Source of the DNA: the human T2T-CHM13v2.0 reference genome, Homo sapiens
DNA length: 64,000 nt
Assembly: GCF_009914755.1 (NCBI RefSeq)
Contig: NC_060948.1
Direction: 5' to 3' (one strand)
In this document: positions 23,559 through 42,911 of the stretch, one piece after another
Layout: the number at the start of each line of letters is the position of its first letter
Position numbering within the stretch: position 1 is the first letter of the stretch
Notes under the pieces: model-generated
What the model was told of the DNA's origin: nothing
Database searches by the model: none
Seen by the model: the letters and a program-made list of their open reading frames with translations, nothing else
Program-made: the position numbers and the translations under genes

Positions 23559-24128
23559 AGATCCATATTTTGTAAATGAAAAAAAATTTCAAAGGTACTC
23601 TGCTTGGTACAATAATCAAATGTATAAACTGAGGAATAAAACATAACCATGAAACCTACTTATAACTGCATATGGAAAATACAGAGGATAATTTTTTAAA
23701 TAACATATTTTGAAAGCCTTAACTAGTAATTTGAAGAGTTGGCATTTGAAAGGCCAGTATGAATATACCTTCAAAGCAGCAACACAGGTTCCCCATGAGA
23801 AAAAGCAAACACAGGGAAAATAAAAACACAAAGGTTCAATCTCTTCTGACCTTTGAAAGACACAGCACAGACAGTGGTCCTTAGGACGAAGAGCAGGAGA
23901 CCCCTAATTCCGTCACCATGGCGATAGGGCATAAACATTGCTGGGTGAGGGCACAATCCACATTGTGAGGTCCAACTGCTGCCAGGAAGACAGGAGTGCT
24001 TTTACATAGACCGAAAGGTCATTGAAGGCTCAGAGTTTTGTTTCAAGAACTGAATCCCAAGCCCACACGTTATTAGGCTGCGCTTCTTAAAACAAGTTAT
24101 GAGATGGGAAAAAGGGCACCCACAAACA
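23559..24128. repeat. HSATI-type subunit, unit 10
   Basis: Near-identical to 1787-2356. Confidence 0.75.
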
Positions 24129-25663
24129 TACGTATATATTATGTATATAATAATATACAGTATCATATATATAATATATATAACCTATGTATAATATTGT
24201 TTTACATCCTGCATCTTATGTTATATATATTGTATAAAATATAATAATTGATAATATATAAGTTTTATAATTATACAATATGACATATAGTATATATTAT
24301 AATTTATGACATACATAATATATGTTATATGTCATATATAGAATATATTATACGGTTAATATACGTATTAAATATAAATTATACCTTATAAATATTATAT
24401 ATAATATATCTGTTATATATAATACCCATTATGCATAATATATATATTATGTCTATGTTATATATAGTATAAAACAATATATAATAATATATAATTGTAT
24501 ATATAAAATGCGACATAGAATATATATTATATTTTATAACATATGTAATATATATTATATATTATATATAATACGTTGTATGTATAATACCTATATTAAA
24601 TATATATTATATGACTATGTTATTAATTACATGTCACAAGTGTTATATATTATATATTTTACATAGAATATACCGGTTACATACAATATATACTATGTTA
24701 CCTATAATGTATAATTTATTACATGTAAAATAAAGAATGCAATATATTATGTAAAATTTATAATATACAATATGTGGAATGTGATATATATAACATATAA
24801 TATATGATATATGATATACAGTATATGATATATAACATACAATATATGATTCCTAATATATATGGTATAAAATATATATTTTATGATATGTATTCTATAT
24901 GTTTTATATTCTGTTATATATAACTATTTGAAATTATATATAACTGTATAATATTTTATGTAGATATGTAATATAATATATATAACTATATAATATATTA
25001 TATATAACTATATATTATGTTATATATACTTTTATAACATAATTTACATAAAATATCATAATATAATATATATTATATTATTTCATATTACATAATATAT
25101 ATTACATATCACCCAATATAACTAACATACATAATATTATAATATAGATTATATTATGTTATATTAAATATCATATATATCATGTATCATATATTCTATA
25201 ATATATATTACACATTATATAATATGTATGTTGTCTATTATGTGATATATATAACTATATATATAATTATATTTTTATACATATAACTAGATAAACATGT
25301 AATTCTACATATTTTCATTTATAATATGTAGAATTATATAATCATATATAATTATTTATATTCTATAAAAAATTTTATCATTATATAAATTATAATATAT
25401 AAAAATTATAATATGTACTACAAATATATATATTATATATCATATATGATATAGTACCTTTGTTATATATCATAATACATATAAATGTGTATTATGTTAT
25501 CTATAATTATATAATTTCATATATAAGATGTATAATATGTATCATATATTATATATGTTATTTAATATATATAGTATATATAAGATGACACAGGATAAAT
25601 ATTATATACTATGACATATAAAATATATGAGGTTATATGTTACATATAAGGCATAGCACATAA

Positions 25664-25978
<315 letters not shown>

Positions 25979-26548
25979 AGATCCATATTTTTTAAATGAA
26001 AAAAAATTTCAAAGGTACTCTGCTTGGTACAATAATCAAATGTATAAACTGAGGAATAAAACATAACCATGAAACCTACTTATAATTGCATATGGAAAAT
26101 ACAGAGGATAATTTTTTAAATAACATATTTTGAAAGCCTTAACTAGTAATTTGAGGAGTTGGCATTTGAAAGGCCAGTATGAATATACCTTCAAAGCAGC
26201 AACACAGGTTCCCCATGAGAAAAAGCAAACACAGGGAAAATAAAAACACAAAGGTTCAATCTCTTCTGACCTTTGAAAGACACAGCACAGACAGTGGTCC
26301 TTAGGACGAAGAGCAGGAGACCCCTAATTCCGTCACCATGTCGATAGGGCATAAACATTGCTGGGTGAGGGCACAATCCACATTGTGAGGTCCAACTGCT
26401 GCCAGGAAGACAGGAGTGCTTTTACATAGACCGAAAGGTCATTGAAGGCTCAGAGTTTTGTTTCAAGAACTGAATCCCAAGCCCACACGTTATTAGGCTG
26501 CGCTTCTTAAAACAAGTTATGAGATGGGAAAAAGGGCACCCACAAACA
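25979..26548. repeat. HSATI-type subunit, unit 11
   Basis: Near-identical to 1787-2356. Confidence 0.75.
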
Positions 26549-28106
26549 TACGTATACATTATGTATATAATAATATACAGTATCATATATATAATATATA
26601 TAACCTATGTATAATATTGTTTTACATCCTGCATCTTATGTTATATATATTGTATAAAATATAATAATTGATAATATATAAGTTTTATAATTATACAATA
26701 TGACATATAGTATATATTATAATTTATGACATATATAATATATGTTATATATCATATATAGAATATATTATACGGTTAATATACGTATTAAATATAAATT
26801 ATACATTATATATATTATATATAATATATCTGTTATATATAATACCCATTATGCATAATATATATATTATGTCTATGTTATATATAGTATAAAACAATAT
26901 ATAATAATATATAATTGTATATATAAAATGCGACATATAATATATATTATATTTTATAACATATGTAATATATATTATATATTATATATAATACGTTGTA
27001 TGTATAATACCTATATTAAATATATATTATATGACTATGTTATTAATTACATGTCACATGTGTTATATATTATATATTTTACATAGAATATACCGGTTAC
27101 ATACAATATATACTATGTTACCTATAATGTATAATTTATTACATGTAAAATAAAGAATGCAATATATTATGTAAAATTTATAATATACAATATGTGGAAT
27201 GTGATATATATAACATATAATATATGATATATGATATACAATATATGATATATAACATACAATATATGATTCCTAATATATATGGTATACAATATATATT
27301 TTATGATATGTATTCTATATGTTTTATATTCTGTTATATATAACTATTTGAAATTATATATAACTGTATAATATTTTATGTAGATATGTAATATAATATA
27401 TATAACTATATAATATATTATATATAACTATATATTATGTTATATATACTTTTATAACATAATTTACATAAAATATCATAATATAATATATATTATATTA
27501 TTTCATATTACATAATATATATTACATATCACCCAATATAACTAACATACATAATATTATAATATAGATTATATTATGTTATATTAAATATCATATATAT
27601 CATGTATCATATATTCTATAATATATATTACACATTATATAATATGTATGTTGTCTATTATGTGATATATATAACTATATATATAATTATATTTTTATAC
27701 ATATAACTAGATAAACATGTAATTCTACATATTTTCATTTATAATATGTAGAATTATATAATCATATATAATTATTTATATTCTATAAATAATTTTATCA
27801 TTATATAAATTATAATATATAAAAATTATAATATGTACTACAAATATATATATTATATATCATATATGATATAGTACCTTTGTTATATTTCATAATACAT
27901 ATAAATGTGTATTATGTTATCTATAATTATATAATTTCATTTATAAGATGTATAATATGTATCATATATTATATATGTTATGTAATATATATAGTATATA
28001 TAAGATGACACAGGATAAATATTATATACTATGACATATAAAATATATGAGGTTATATGTTACATATAAGGCATAGCACATAACATGTAATATATATCAT
28101 ATATAA

Positions 28107-28398
28107 TTTTTTTTTAGACAGAATCTTGTCCTGTTGCACAGGGTGGGGTACAATGGCGCCATCTTTGCTCACTGCAACTTCTGCCTCATGGGTCCAAGCG
28201 ATTGTCCTCCCTCAGCCTCCCAGGTAGCTGGGACTACACCACACTGGGACTACACCAGCTGCCACCATGCCTAGCTAATTTTTTGGATTTTTAGTAGTGA
28301 CAGCGTTTCTCTGTATTGGCCAGGATGGTCTTGATCTCTTCACCTTGTGATCCCCTTGCCTTGGCCTCCAAATTTGCTGGGATTACAGGCCTGAGCCA
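28107..28398 (-). mobile_element. Alu, unit 12
   Basis: Near-identical to 1495-1786. Confidence 0.95.
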
Positions 28399-28968
28399 AG
28401 ATCCATATTTTTTAAATGAAAAAAAATTTCAAAGGTACTCTGCTTGGTACAATAATCAAATGTATAAACTGAGGAATAAAACATAACCATGAAACCTACT
28501 TATAACTGCATATGGAAAATACAGAGGATAATTTTTTAAATAACATATTTTGAAAGCCTTAACTAGTAATTTGAAGAGTTGGCATTTGAAAGGCCAGTAT
28601 GAATATACCTTCAAAGCAGCAACACAGGTTCCCCATGAGAAAAAGCAAACACAGGGAAAATAAAAACACAAAGGTTCAATCTCTTCTGACCTTTGAAAGA
28701 CACAGCACAGACAGTGGTCCTTAGGACGAAGAGCAGGAGACCCCTAATTCCGTCACCATGTCGATAGGGCATAAACATTGCTGGGTGAGGGCACAATCCA
28801 CATTGTGAGGTCCAACTGCTGCCAGGAAGACAGGAGTGCTTTTACATAGACCGAAAGGTCATTGAAGGCTCAGAGTTTTGTTTCAAGAACTGAATCCCAA
28901 GCCCACACGTTATTAGGCTGCGCTTCTTAAAACAAGTTATGAGATGGGAAAAAGGGCACCCACAAACA
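28399..28968. repeat. HSATI-type subunit, unit 12
   Basis: Near-identical to 1787-2356. Confidence 0.75.
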
Positions 28969-30503
28969 TACGTATACATTATGTATATAATAATATACAG
29001 TATCATATATATAATATATATAACCTATGTATAATATTGTTTTACATCCTGCATCTTATGTTATATATATTGTATAAAATATAATAATTGATAATATATA
29101 AGTTTTATAATTATACAATATGACATATAGTATATATTATAATTTATGACATATATAATATATGTTATATATCATATATAGAATATATTATACGGTTAAT
29201 ATACGTATTAAATATAAATTATACATTATATATATTATATATAATATATCTGTTATATATAATACCCATTATGCATAATATATATATTATGTCTATGTTA
29301 TATATAGTATAAAACAATATATAATAATATATAATTGTATATATAAAATGCGACATATAATATATATTATATTTTATAACATATGTAATATATATTATAT
29401 ATTATATATAATACGTTGTATGTATAATACCTATATTAAATATATATTATATGACTATGTTATTAATTACATGTCACATGTGTTATATATTATATATTTT
29501 ACATAGAATATACCGGTTACATACAATATATACTATGTTACCTATAATGTATAATTTATTACATGTAAAATAAAGAATGCAATATATTATATAAAATTTA
29601 TAATATACAATATGTGGAATGTGATATATATAACATATAATATATGATATATGATATACAGTATATGATATATAACATACAATATATGATTCCTAATATA
29701 TATGGTATACAATATATATTTTATGATATGTATTCTATATGTTTTATATTCTGTTATATATAACTATTTGAAATTATATATAACTGTATAATATTTTATG
29801 TAGATATGTAATATAATATATATAACTATATAATATATTATATATAACTATATATTATGTTATATATACTTTTATAACATAATTTACATAAAATATCATA
29901 ATATAATATATATTATATTATTTCATATTACATAATATATATTACATATCACCCAATATAACTAACATACATAATATTATAATATAGATTATATTATGTT
30001 ATATTAAATATCATATATATCATGTATCATATATTCTATAATATATATTACACATTATATAATATGTATGTTGTCTATTATGTGATATATATAACTATAT
30101 ATATAATTATATTTTTATACATATAACTAGATAAACATGTAATTCTACATATTTTCATTTATAATATGTAGAATTATATAATCATATATAATTATTTATA
30201 TTCTATAAATAATTTTATCATTATATAAATTATAATATATAAAAATTATAATATGTACTACAAATATATATATTATATATCATATATGATATAGTACCTT
30301 TGTTATATTTCATAATACATATAAATGTGTATTATGTTATCTATAATTATATAATTTCATTTATAAGATGTATAATATGTATCATATATTATATATGTTA
30401 TGTAATATATATAGTATATATAAGATGACACAGGATAAATATTATATACTATGACATATAAAATATATGAGGTTATATGTTACATATAAGGCATAGCACA
30501 TAA

Positions 30504-30818
<315 letters not shown>

Positions 30819-31388
30819 AGATCCATATTTTTTAAATGAAAAAAAATTTCAAAGGTACTCTGCTTGGTACAATAATCAAATGTATAAACTGAGGAATAAA
30901 ACATAACCATGAAACCTACTTATAACTGCATATGGAAAATACAGAGGATAATTTTTTAAATAACATATTTTGAAAGCCTTAACTAGTAATTTGAAGAGTT
31001 GGCATTTGAAAGGCCAGTATGAATATACCTTCAAAGCAGCAACACAGGTTCCCCATGAGAAAAAGCAAACACAGGGAAAATAAAAACACAAAGGTTCAAT
31101 CTCTTCTGACCTTTGAAAGACACAGCACAGACAGTGGTCCTTAGGACGAAGAGCAGGAGACCCCTAATTCCGTCACCATGTCGATAGGGCATAAACATTG
31201 CTGGGTGAGGGCACAATCCACATTGTGAGGTCCAACTGCTGCCAGGAAGACAGGAGTGCTTTTACATAGACCGAAAGGTCATTGAAGGCTCAGAGTTTTG
31301 TTTCAAGAACTGAATCCCAAGCCCACACGTTATTAGGCTGCGCTTCTTAAAACAAGTTATGAGATGGGAAAAAGGGCACCCACAAACA
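30819..31388. repeat. HSATI-type subunit, unit 13
   Basis: Near-identical to 1787-2356. Confidence 0.75.
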
Positions 31389-32923
31389 TACGTATACATT
31401 ATGTATATAATAATATACAGTATCATATATATAATATATATAACCTATGTATAATATTGTTTTACATCCTGCATCTTATGTTATATATATTGTATAAAAT
31501 ATAATAATTGATAATATATAAGTTTTATAATTATACAATATGACATATAGTATATATTATAATTTATGACATATATAATATATGTTATATATCATATATA
31601 GAATATATTATACGGTTAATATACGTATTAAATATAAATTATACATTATATATATTATATATAATATATCTGTTATATATAATACCCATTATGTATAATA
31701 TATATATTATGTCTATGTTATATATAGTATAAAACAATATATAATAATATATAATTGTATATATAAAATGCGACATATAATATATATTATATTTTATATC
31801 ATATGTAATATATATTATATATTATATATAATACGTTGTATGTATAATACCTATATTAAATATATATTATATGACTATGTTATTAATTACATGTCACATG
31901 TGTTATATATTATATATTTTACATAGAATATACCGGTTACATACAATATATACTATGTTACCTATAATGTATAATTTATTACATGTAAAATAAAGAATGC
32001 AATATATTATGTAAAATTTATAATATACAATATGTGGAATGTGATATATATAACATATAATATATGATATATGATATACAGTATATGATATATAACATAC
32101 AATATATGATTCCTAATATATATGGTATACAATATATATTTTATGATATGTATTCTATATGTTTTATATTCTGTTATATATAACTATTTGAAATTATATA
32201 TAACTGTATAATATTTTATGTAGATATGTAATATAATATATATAACTATATAATATATTATATATAACTATATATTATGTTATATATACTTTTATAACAT
32301 AATTTACATAAAATATCATAATATAATATATATTATATTATTTCATATTACATAATATATATTACATATCAACCAATATAACTAACATACATAATATTAT
32401 AATATAGATTATATTATGTTATATTAAATATCATATATATCATGTATCATATATTCTATAATATATATTACACATTATATAATATGTATGTTGTCTATTA
32501 TGTGATATATATAACTATATATATAATTATATTTTTATACATATAACTAGATAAACATGTAATTCTACATATTTTCATTTATAATATGTAGAATTATATA
32601 ATCATATATAATTATTTATATTCTATAAATAATTTTATCATTATATAAATTATAATATATAAAAATTATAATATGTACTACAAATATATATATTATATAT
32701 CATATATGATATAGTACCTTTGTTATATTTCATAATACATATAAATGTGTATTATGTTATCTATAATTATATAATTTCATTTATAAGATGTATAATATGT
32801 ATCATATATTATATATGTTATGTAATATATATAGTATATATAAGATGACACAGGATAAATATTATATAGTATGACATATAAAATATATGAGGTTATATGT
32901 TACATATAAGGCATAGCACATAA

Positions 32924-33238
<315 letters not shown>

Positions 33239-33808
33239 AGATCCATATTTTTTAAATGAAAAAAAATTTCAAAGGTACTCTGCTTGGTACAATAATCAAA
33301 TGTATAAACTGAGGAATAAAACATAACCATGAAACCTACTTATAACTGCATATGGAAAATACAGAGGATAATTTTTTAAATAACATATTTTGAAAGCCTT
33401 AACTAGTAATTTGAAGAGTTGGCATTTGAAAGGCCAGTATGAATATACCTTCAAAGCAGCAACACAGGTTCCCCATGAGAAAAAGCAAACACAGGGAAAA
33501 TAAAAACACAAAGGTTCAATCTCTTCTGACCTTTGAAAGACACAGCACAGACAGTGGTCCTTAGGACGAAGAGCAGGAGACCCCTAATTCCGTCACCATG
33601 GCGATAGGGCATAAACATTGCTGGGTGAGGGCACAATCCACATTGTGAGGTCCAACTGCTGCCAGGAAGACAGGAGTGCTTTTACATAGACCGAAAGGTC
33701 ATTGAAGGCTCAGAGTTTTGTTTCAAGAACTGAATCCCAAGCCCACACGTTATTAGGCTGCGCTTCTTAAAACAAGTTATGAGATGGGAAAAAGGGCACC
33801 CACAAACA
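33239..33808. repeat. HSATI-type subunit, unit 14
   Basis: Near-identical to 1787-2356. Confidence 0.75.
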
Positions 33809-35343
33809 TACGTATACATTATGTATATAATAATATACAGTATCATCTATATAATATATATAACCTATGTATAATATTGTTTTACATCCTGCATCTTATG
33901 TTATATATATTGTATAAAATATAATAATTGATAATATATAAGTTTTATAATTATACAATATGACATATAGTATATATTATAATTTATGACATATATAATA
34001 TATGTTATATATCATATATAGAATATATTATACGGTTAATATACGTATTAAATATAAATTATACATTATATATATTATATATAATATATCTGTTATATAT
34101 AATACCCATTATGCATAATATATATATTATGTCTATGTTATATATAGTATGAAACAACATATAATAATATATAATTGTATATATAAAATGCGACATATAA
34201 TATATATTATATTTTATAACATATGTAATATACATTATATATTATATATAATACGTTGTATGTATAATACCTATATTAAATATATATTATATGACTATGT
34301 TATTAATTACATGTCACATGTGTTATATATTATATATTTTACATAGAATATACCGGTTACATACAATATATACTATGTTACCTATAATGTATAATTTATT
34401 ACATGTAAAATAAAGAATGCAATATATTATGTATAATTTATAATATACAATATGTGGAATGTGATATATGTAACATATAATATATGATATATGATATACA
34501 GTATATGATATATAACATACAATATATGATTCCTAATATATATGGTATACAATATATATTTTATGATATGTATTCTATATGTTTTATATTCTGTTATATA
34601 TAACTATTTGAAATTATATATAACTGTATAATATTTTATGTAAATATGTAATATAATATATATAACTATATAATATATTATATATAACTATATATTATGT
34701 TATATATACTTTTATAACATAATTTACATAAAATATCATAATATAATATATATTATATTATTTCATATTACATAATATATATTACATATCAACCAATATA
34801 ACTAACATACATAATATTATAATATAGATTATATTATGTTATATTAAATATCATATATATCATGTATCATATATTCTATAATATATATTACACATTATAT
34901 AATATGTATGTTGTCTATTATGTGATATATATAACTATATATATAATTATATTTTTATACATATAACTAGATAAACATGTAATTCTACATATTTTCATTT
35001 ATAATATGTAGAATTATATAATCATATATAATTATTTATATTCTATAAAAAATTTTATCATTATATAAATTATAATATATAAAAATTATAATATGTACTA
35101 CAAATATATATATTATATATCATATATGATATAGTACCTTTGTTATATATCATAATACATATAAATGTGTATTATGTTATCTATAATTATATAATTTCAT
35201 ATATAAGATGTATAATATGTATCATATATTATATATGTTATGTAATATATATAGTATATATAAGATGACACAGGATAAATATTATATACTATGACATATA
35301 AAATATATGAGGTTATATGTTACATATAAGGCATAGCACATAA

Positions 35344-35658
<315 letters not shown>

Positions 35659-36228
35659 AGATCCGTATTTTTTAAATGAAAAAAAATTTCAAAGGTACTC
35701 TGCTTGGTACAATAATCAAATGTATAAACTGAGGAATAAAACATAACCATGAAACCTACTTATAACTGCATATGGAAAATACAGAGGATAATTTTTTAAA
35801 TAACATATTTTGAAAGCCTTAACTAGTAATTTGAAGAGTTGGCATTTGAAAGGCCAGTATGAATATACCTTCAAAGCAGCAACACAGGTTCCCCATGAGA
35901 AAAAGCAAACACAGGGAAAATAAAAACACAAAGGTTCAATCTCTTCTGACCTTTGAAAGACACAGCACAGACAGTGGTCCTTAGGACGAAGAGCAGGAGA
36001 CCCCTAATTCCGTCACCATGGCGATAGGGCATAAACATTGCTGGGTGAGGGCACAATCCACATTGTGAGGTCCAACTGCTGCCAGGAAGACAGGAGTGCT
36101 TTTACATAGACCGAAAGGTCATTGAAGGCTCAGAGTTTTGTTTCAAGAACTGAATCCCAAGCCCACACGTTATTAGGCTGCGCTTTTTAAAACAAGTTAT
36201 GAGATGGGAAAAAGGGCACCCACAAACA
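35659..36228. repeat. HSATI-type subunit, unit 15
   Basis: Near-identical to 1787-2356. Confidence 0.75.
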
Positions 36229-37758
36229 TACGTATACATTATGTATATAATAATATACAGTATCATATATATAATATATATAACCTATGTATAATATTGT
36301 TTTACATCCTGCATCTTATGTTATATATATTGTATAAAATATAATAATTGATAATATATAAGTTTTATAATGATACAATATGACATATAGTATATATTAT
36401 AATTTATGACATATATAATATATGTTATATATCATATATAGAATATATTATACGGTTAATATACGTATTAAATATAAATTATACATTATATATATTATAT
36501 ATAATATATCTGTTATATATAATACCCATTATGCATAATATATATAATATGTCTATGTTATATATAGTATAAAACAACATATAATAATATATAATTGTAT
36601 ATATAAAATGCGACATAGAATATATATTATATTTTATAACATATGTAATATATATTATATATTATATATAATACGTTGTATGTATAATACCTATATTAAA
36701 TATATATTATATGACTATGTTATTAATTACATGTCACATGTGTTATATATTATATATTTTACATAGAATATACCGGTTACATACAATATATACTATGTTA
36801 CCTATAATGTATAATTTATTACATGTAAAATAAAGAATGCAATATATTATGTATAATTTATAATATACCATATGTGGAATGTGATATATGTAACATATAA
36901 TATATGATATATGATATACAGTATATGATATATAACATACAATATATGATTCCTAATATATATGGTATACAATATATATTTTATGATATGTATTCTATAT
37001 GTTTTATATTCTGTTATATATAACTATTTGAAATTATATATAACTGTATAATATTTTATGTAAATATGTAATGTAATATATAACTATATAATATATTATA
37101 TATAACTATATATTATGTTATATATACTTTTATAACATAATTTACATAAAATATCATAAGATAATATATATTATATTATTTCATATTACATAATATATAT
37201 TACATATCAACCAATATAACTAACATACATAATATTATAATATAGATTATATTATGTTATATTAAATATCATATATATCATGTATCATATATTCTATAAT
37301 ATATATTACACATTATATAATATGTATGTCTATTATGTGATATATATAACTATATATATAATTATATTTTTATACATATAACTAGATAAACATGTAATTC
37401 TACATATTTTCATTTATAATATGTAGAATTATATAATCATATATAATTATTTATATTCTATAAAAAATTTTATCATTATATAAATTATATTATATAAAAA
37501 TTATAATATGTACTACAAATATATATATTATATATCATATATGATATAGTACCTTTGTTATATATCATAATACATATAAATGTGTATTATGTTATCTATA
37601 ATTATATAATTTCATATATAAGATGTATAATATGTATCATATATTATATATGTTATGTAATATATATAGTATATATAAGATGACACAGGATAAATATTAT
37701 ATACTATGACATATAAAATATATGAGGTTATATGTTACATATAAGGCATAGCACATAA

Positions 37759-38073
<315 letters not shown>

Positions 38074-38643
38074 AGATCCGTATTTTTTAAATGAAAAAAA
38101 ATTTCAAAGGTACTCTGCTTGGTACAATAATCAAATGTATAAACTGAGGAATAAAACATAACCATGAAACCTACTTATAACTGCATATGGAAAATACAGA
38201 GGATAATTTTTTAAATAACATATTTTGAAAGCCTTAACTAGTAATTTGAAGAGTTGGCATTTGAAAGGCCAGTATGAATATACCTTCAAAGCAGCAACAC
38301 AGGTTCCCCATGAGAAAAAGCAAACACAGGGAAAATAAAAACACAAAGGTTCAATCTCTTCTGACCTTTGAAAGACACAGCACAGACAGTGGTCCTTAGG
38401 ACGAAGAGCAGGAGACCCCTAATTCCGTCACCATGGCGATAGGGCATAAACATTGCTGGGTGAGGGCACAATCCACATTGTGAGGTCCAACTGCTGCCAG
38501 GAAGACAGGAGTGCTTTTACATAGACCGAAAGGTCATTGAAGGCTCAGAGTTTTGTTTCAAGAACTGAATCCCAAGCCCACACGTTATTAGGCTGCGCTA
38601 CTTAAAACAAGTTATGAGATGGGAAAAAGGGCACCCACAAACA
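38074..38643. repeat. HSATI-type subunit, unit 16
   Basis: Near-identical to 1787-2356. Confidence 0.75.
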
Positions 38644-40199
38644 TACGTATATATTATGTATATAATAATATACAGTATCATTTATATAATATATATAACC
38701 TATGTATAATATTGTTTTACATCCTGCATCTTATGTTATATATATTGTATAAAATATAATAATTGATAATATATAAGTTTTATATTTATACAATATGACA
38801 TATAGTATATATTATAATTTATGACATATATAATATATGTTATATATCATATATAGAATATATTATACGGTTAATATACGTATTAAATATAAATTATACA
38901 TTATATATATTATATATAATATATCTGTTATATATAATACCCATCATGCATAATATATATATTATGTCTATGTTATATATAGTATAAAACAACATATAAT
39001 AATATATAATTGTATATATAAAATGCGACATATAATATATATTATATTTTATAACATATGTAATATATATTATATATTATATATAATACGTTGTATGTAT
39101 AATACCTATATTAAATATATATTATATGACTATGTTATTAATTACATGTCACATGTGTTATATATTATATATTTTACATAGAATATACCGGTTACATACA
39201 ATATATACTATGTTACCTATAATGTATAATTTATTACATGTAAAATTAAGAATGCAATATATTATGTGTAATTTATAATATACAATATGTGGAATGTGAT
39301 ATATGTAACATATAATATATGATATATGATATACAGTATATGATATATAACATACAATGTATGATTCCTAATATATATGGTATACAATATATATTTTATG
39401 ATATGTATTCTATATGTTTTATATTCTGTTATATATAACTATTTGAAATTATATATAACTGTATAATATTTTATGTAAATATGTAATATAATATATATAA
39501 CTATATAATATATTATATATAACTATATATTATGTTATATATACTTTTATAACATAATTTACATAAAATATCATAATATAATATATATTATATTATTTCA
39601 TATTACATAATATATATTACATATCAACCAATATAACTAACATACATAATATTATAATATAGATTATATTATGTTATATTAAATATCATATATATCATGT
39701 ATCATATATTCTATAATATATATTACACATTATATAATATGTATGTTGTCTATTATGTGATATATATAACTATATATAATTATATTTTTATACATATAAC
39801 TAGATAAACATGTAATTCTACATATTTTCATTTATAATATGTAGAATTATATAATCATATATAATTATTTATATTCTATAAAAAATTTTATCATTATATA
39901 AATTATAATATATAAAAATTATAATATGTACTACAAATATATATATTATATATCATATATGATATAGTACCTTTGTTATATATCATAATACATATAAATG
40001 TGTATTATGTTATCTATAATTATATAATTTCATATATAAGATGTATAATATGTATCATATATTATATATGTTATGTAATATATATAGTATATATAAGATG
40101 ACACAGGATAAATATTATATTCTATGACATATAAAATATATGAGGTTATATGTTACATATAAGGCATAGCACATAACATGTAATATATATCATATATAA

Positions 40200-40491
40200 T
40201 TTTTTTTTAGACAGAATCTTGTCCTGTTGCACAGGGTGGGGTAAAATGGCGCCATCTTTGCTCACTGCAACTTCTGCCTCACGGGTCCAAGCGATTGTCC
40301 TTCCTCAGCCTCCCAGGTAGCTGGGACTACACCACACTGGGACTACACCAGCTGCCACCATGCCTAGCTAATTTTTTGGATTTTTAGTAGTGACAGCGTT
40401 TCACTGTATTGGCCAGGATGGTCTTGATCTCTTCACCTTGTGATCCCCTTGCCTTGGCCTCCAAATTTGCTGGGATTACAGGCCTGAGCCA
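40200..40491 (-). mobile_element. Alu, unit 17
   Basis: Near-identical to 1495-1786. Confidence 0.95.
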
Positions 40492-41061
40492 AGATCCATA
40501 TTTTTTAAATGAAAAAAAATTTCAAAGGTACTCTGCTTGGTACAATAATCAAATGTATAAACTGAGGAATAAAACATAACCATGAAACCTACTTATAACT
40601 GCATATGGAAAATACAGAGGATAATTTTTTAAATAACATATTTTGAAAGCCTTAACTAGTAATTTGAAGAGTTGGCATTTGAAAGGCCAGTATGAATATA
40701 CCTTCAAAGCAGCAACACAGGTTCCCCATGAGAAAAAGCAAACACAAGGAAAATAAAAACACAAAGGTTCAATCTCTTCTGACCTTTGAAAGACACAGCA
40801 CAGACAGTGGTCCTTAGGACGAAGAGCAGGAGACCCCTAATTCCGTCACCAAGGCGATAGGGCATAAACATTGCTGGGTGAGGGCACAATCCACATTGTG
40901 AGGTCCAACTGCTGCCAGGAAGACAGGAGTGCTTTTACATAGACCGAAAGGTCATTGAAGGCTCAGAGTTTTGTTTCAAGAACTGAATCCCAAGCCCACA
41001 CGTTATTAGGCTGCGCTTCGTAAAACAAGTTATGAGATGGGAAAAAGGGCACCCACAAACA
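40492..41061. repeat. HSATI-type subunit, unit 17
   Basis: Near-identical to 1787-2356. Confidence 0.75.
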
Positions 41062-42596
41062 TACGTATACATTATGTATATAATAATATACAGTATCATA
41101 TATATAATATATATAACCTATGTATAATATTGTTTTACATCCTGCATCTTATGTTATATATATTGTATAAAATATAATAATTGATAATATATAAGTTTTA
41201 TAATTATACAATATGACATATAGTATATATTATAATTTATGACATATATAATATATGTTATATATCATATATAGAATATATTATACGGTTAATATACGTA
41301 TTAAATATAAATTATACATTATATATATTATATATAATATATCTGTTATATATAATACCCATTATGCATAATATATATATTATGTCTACGTTATATATAG
41401 TATAAAACAACATATAATAATATATAATTGTATATATAAAATGCGACATATAATATATATTATATTTTATAACATATGTAATATATATTATATATTATAT
41501 ATAATACGTTGTATGTATAATACCTATATTAAATATATATTATATGACTATGTTATTAATTACATGTCACATGTGCTATATATTATATATTTTACATAGA
41601 ATATACCGGTTACATACAATATATACTATGTTACCTATAATGTATAATTTATTACATGTAAAATAAAGAATGCAATATATTATGTATAATTTATAATATA
41701 CCATATGTGGAATGTGATATATATAACATATAATATATGATATATGATATACAGTATATGATATATAACATACAATATATGATTCCTAATATATATGGTA
41801 TACAATATATATTTTATCATATGTATTCTATATGTTTTATATTCTGTTATATATAACTAGTTGAAATTATATATAACTGTATAATATTTTATGTAAATAT
41901 GTAATATAATATATATAACTATATAATATATTATATATAACTATATATTATGTTATATATACTTTTATAACATAGTTTACATAAAATATCATAACGTAAT
42001 ATATATTATATTATTTCATATTACATAATATATATTACATATCACCCAATATAACTAACATACATAATATTATAATATAGATAATATTGTGTTATATTAA
42101 GTATCATATATATCATGTATCATATATTCTATAATATATATTACACATTATATAATATGTATGTTGTCTATTATGTGATATATATAACTCTATATATAAT
42201 TATATTTTTATACATATAACTAGATAAACATGTAATTCTACATATTTTCATTTATAATATGTAGAATTATATAATCATATATAATTATTTATATTCTATA
42301 AAAAATTTTATCATTATATAAATTATAATATATAAAAATTATAATATGTACTACAAATATATATATTATATATCATATATGATATAGTACCTTTGTTATA
42401 TATCATAATACATATAAATGTGTATTATGTTATCTATAATTATATAATTTCATATATAAGATGTATAATATGTATCATATATTATATATGTTATGTAATA
42501 TATATAGTATATATAAGATGACACAGGATAAATATTATATACTATGACATATAAAATATATGAGGTTATATGTTACATATAAGGCATAGCACATAA

Positions 42597-42911
<315 letters not shown>

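Noticed and set aside
34149-34346. 65 aa plus-strand ORF unique to unit 15
   Set aside because: It is created by a single A>G giving ATG in AT-rich low-complexity DNA, and the Ile/Tyr-rich translation is a compositional artefact.
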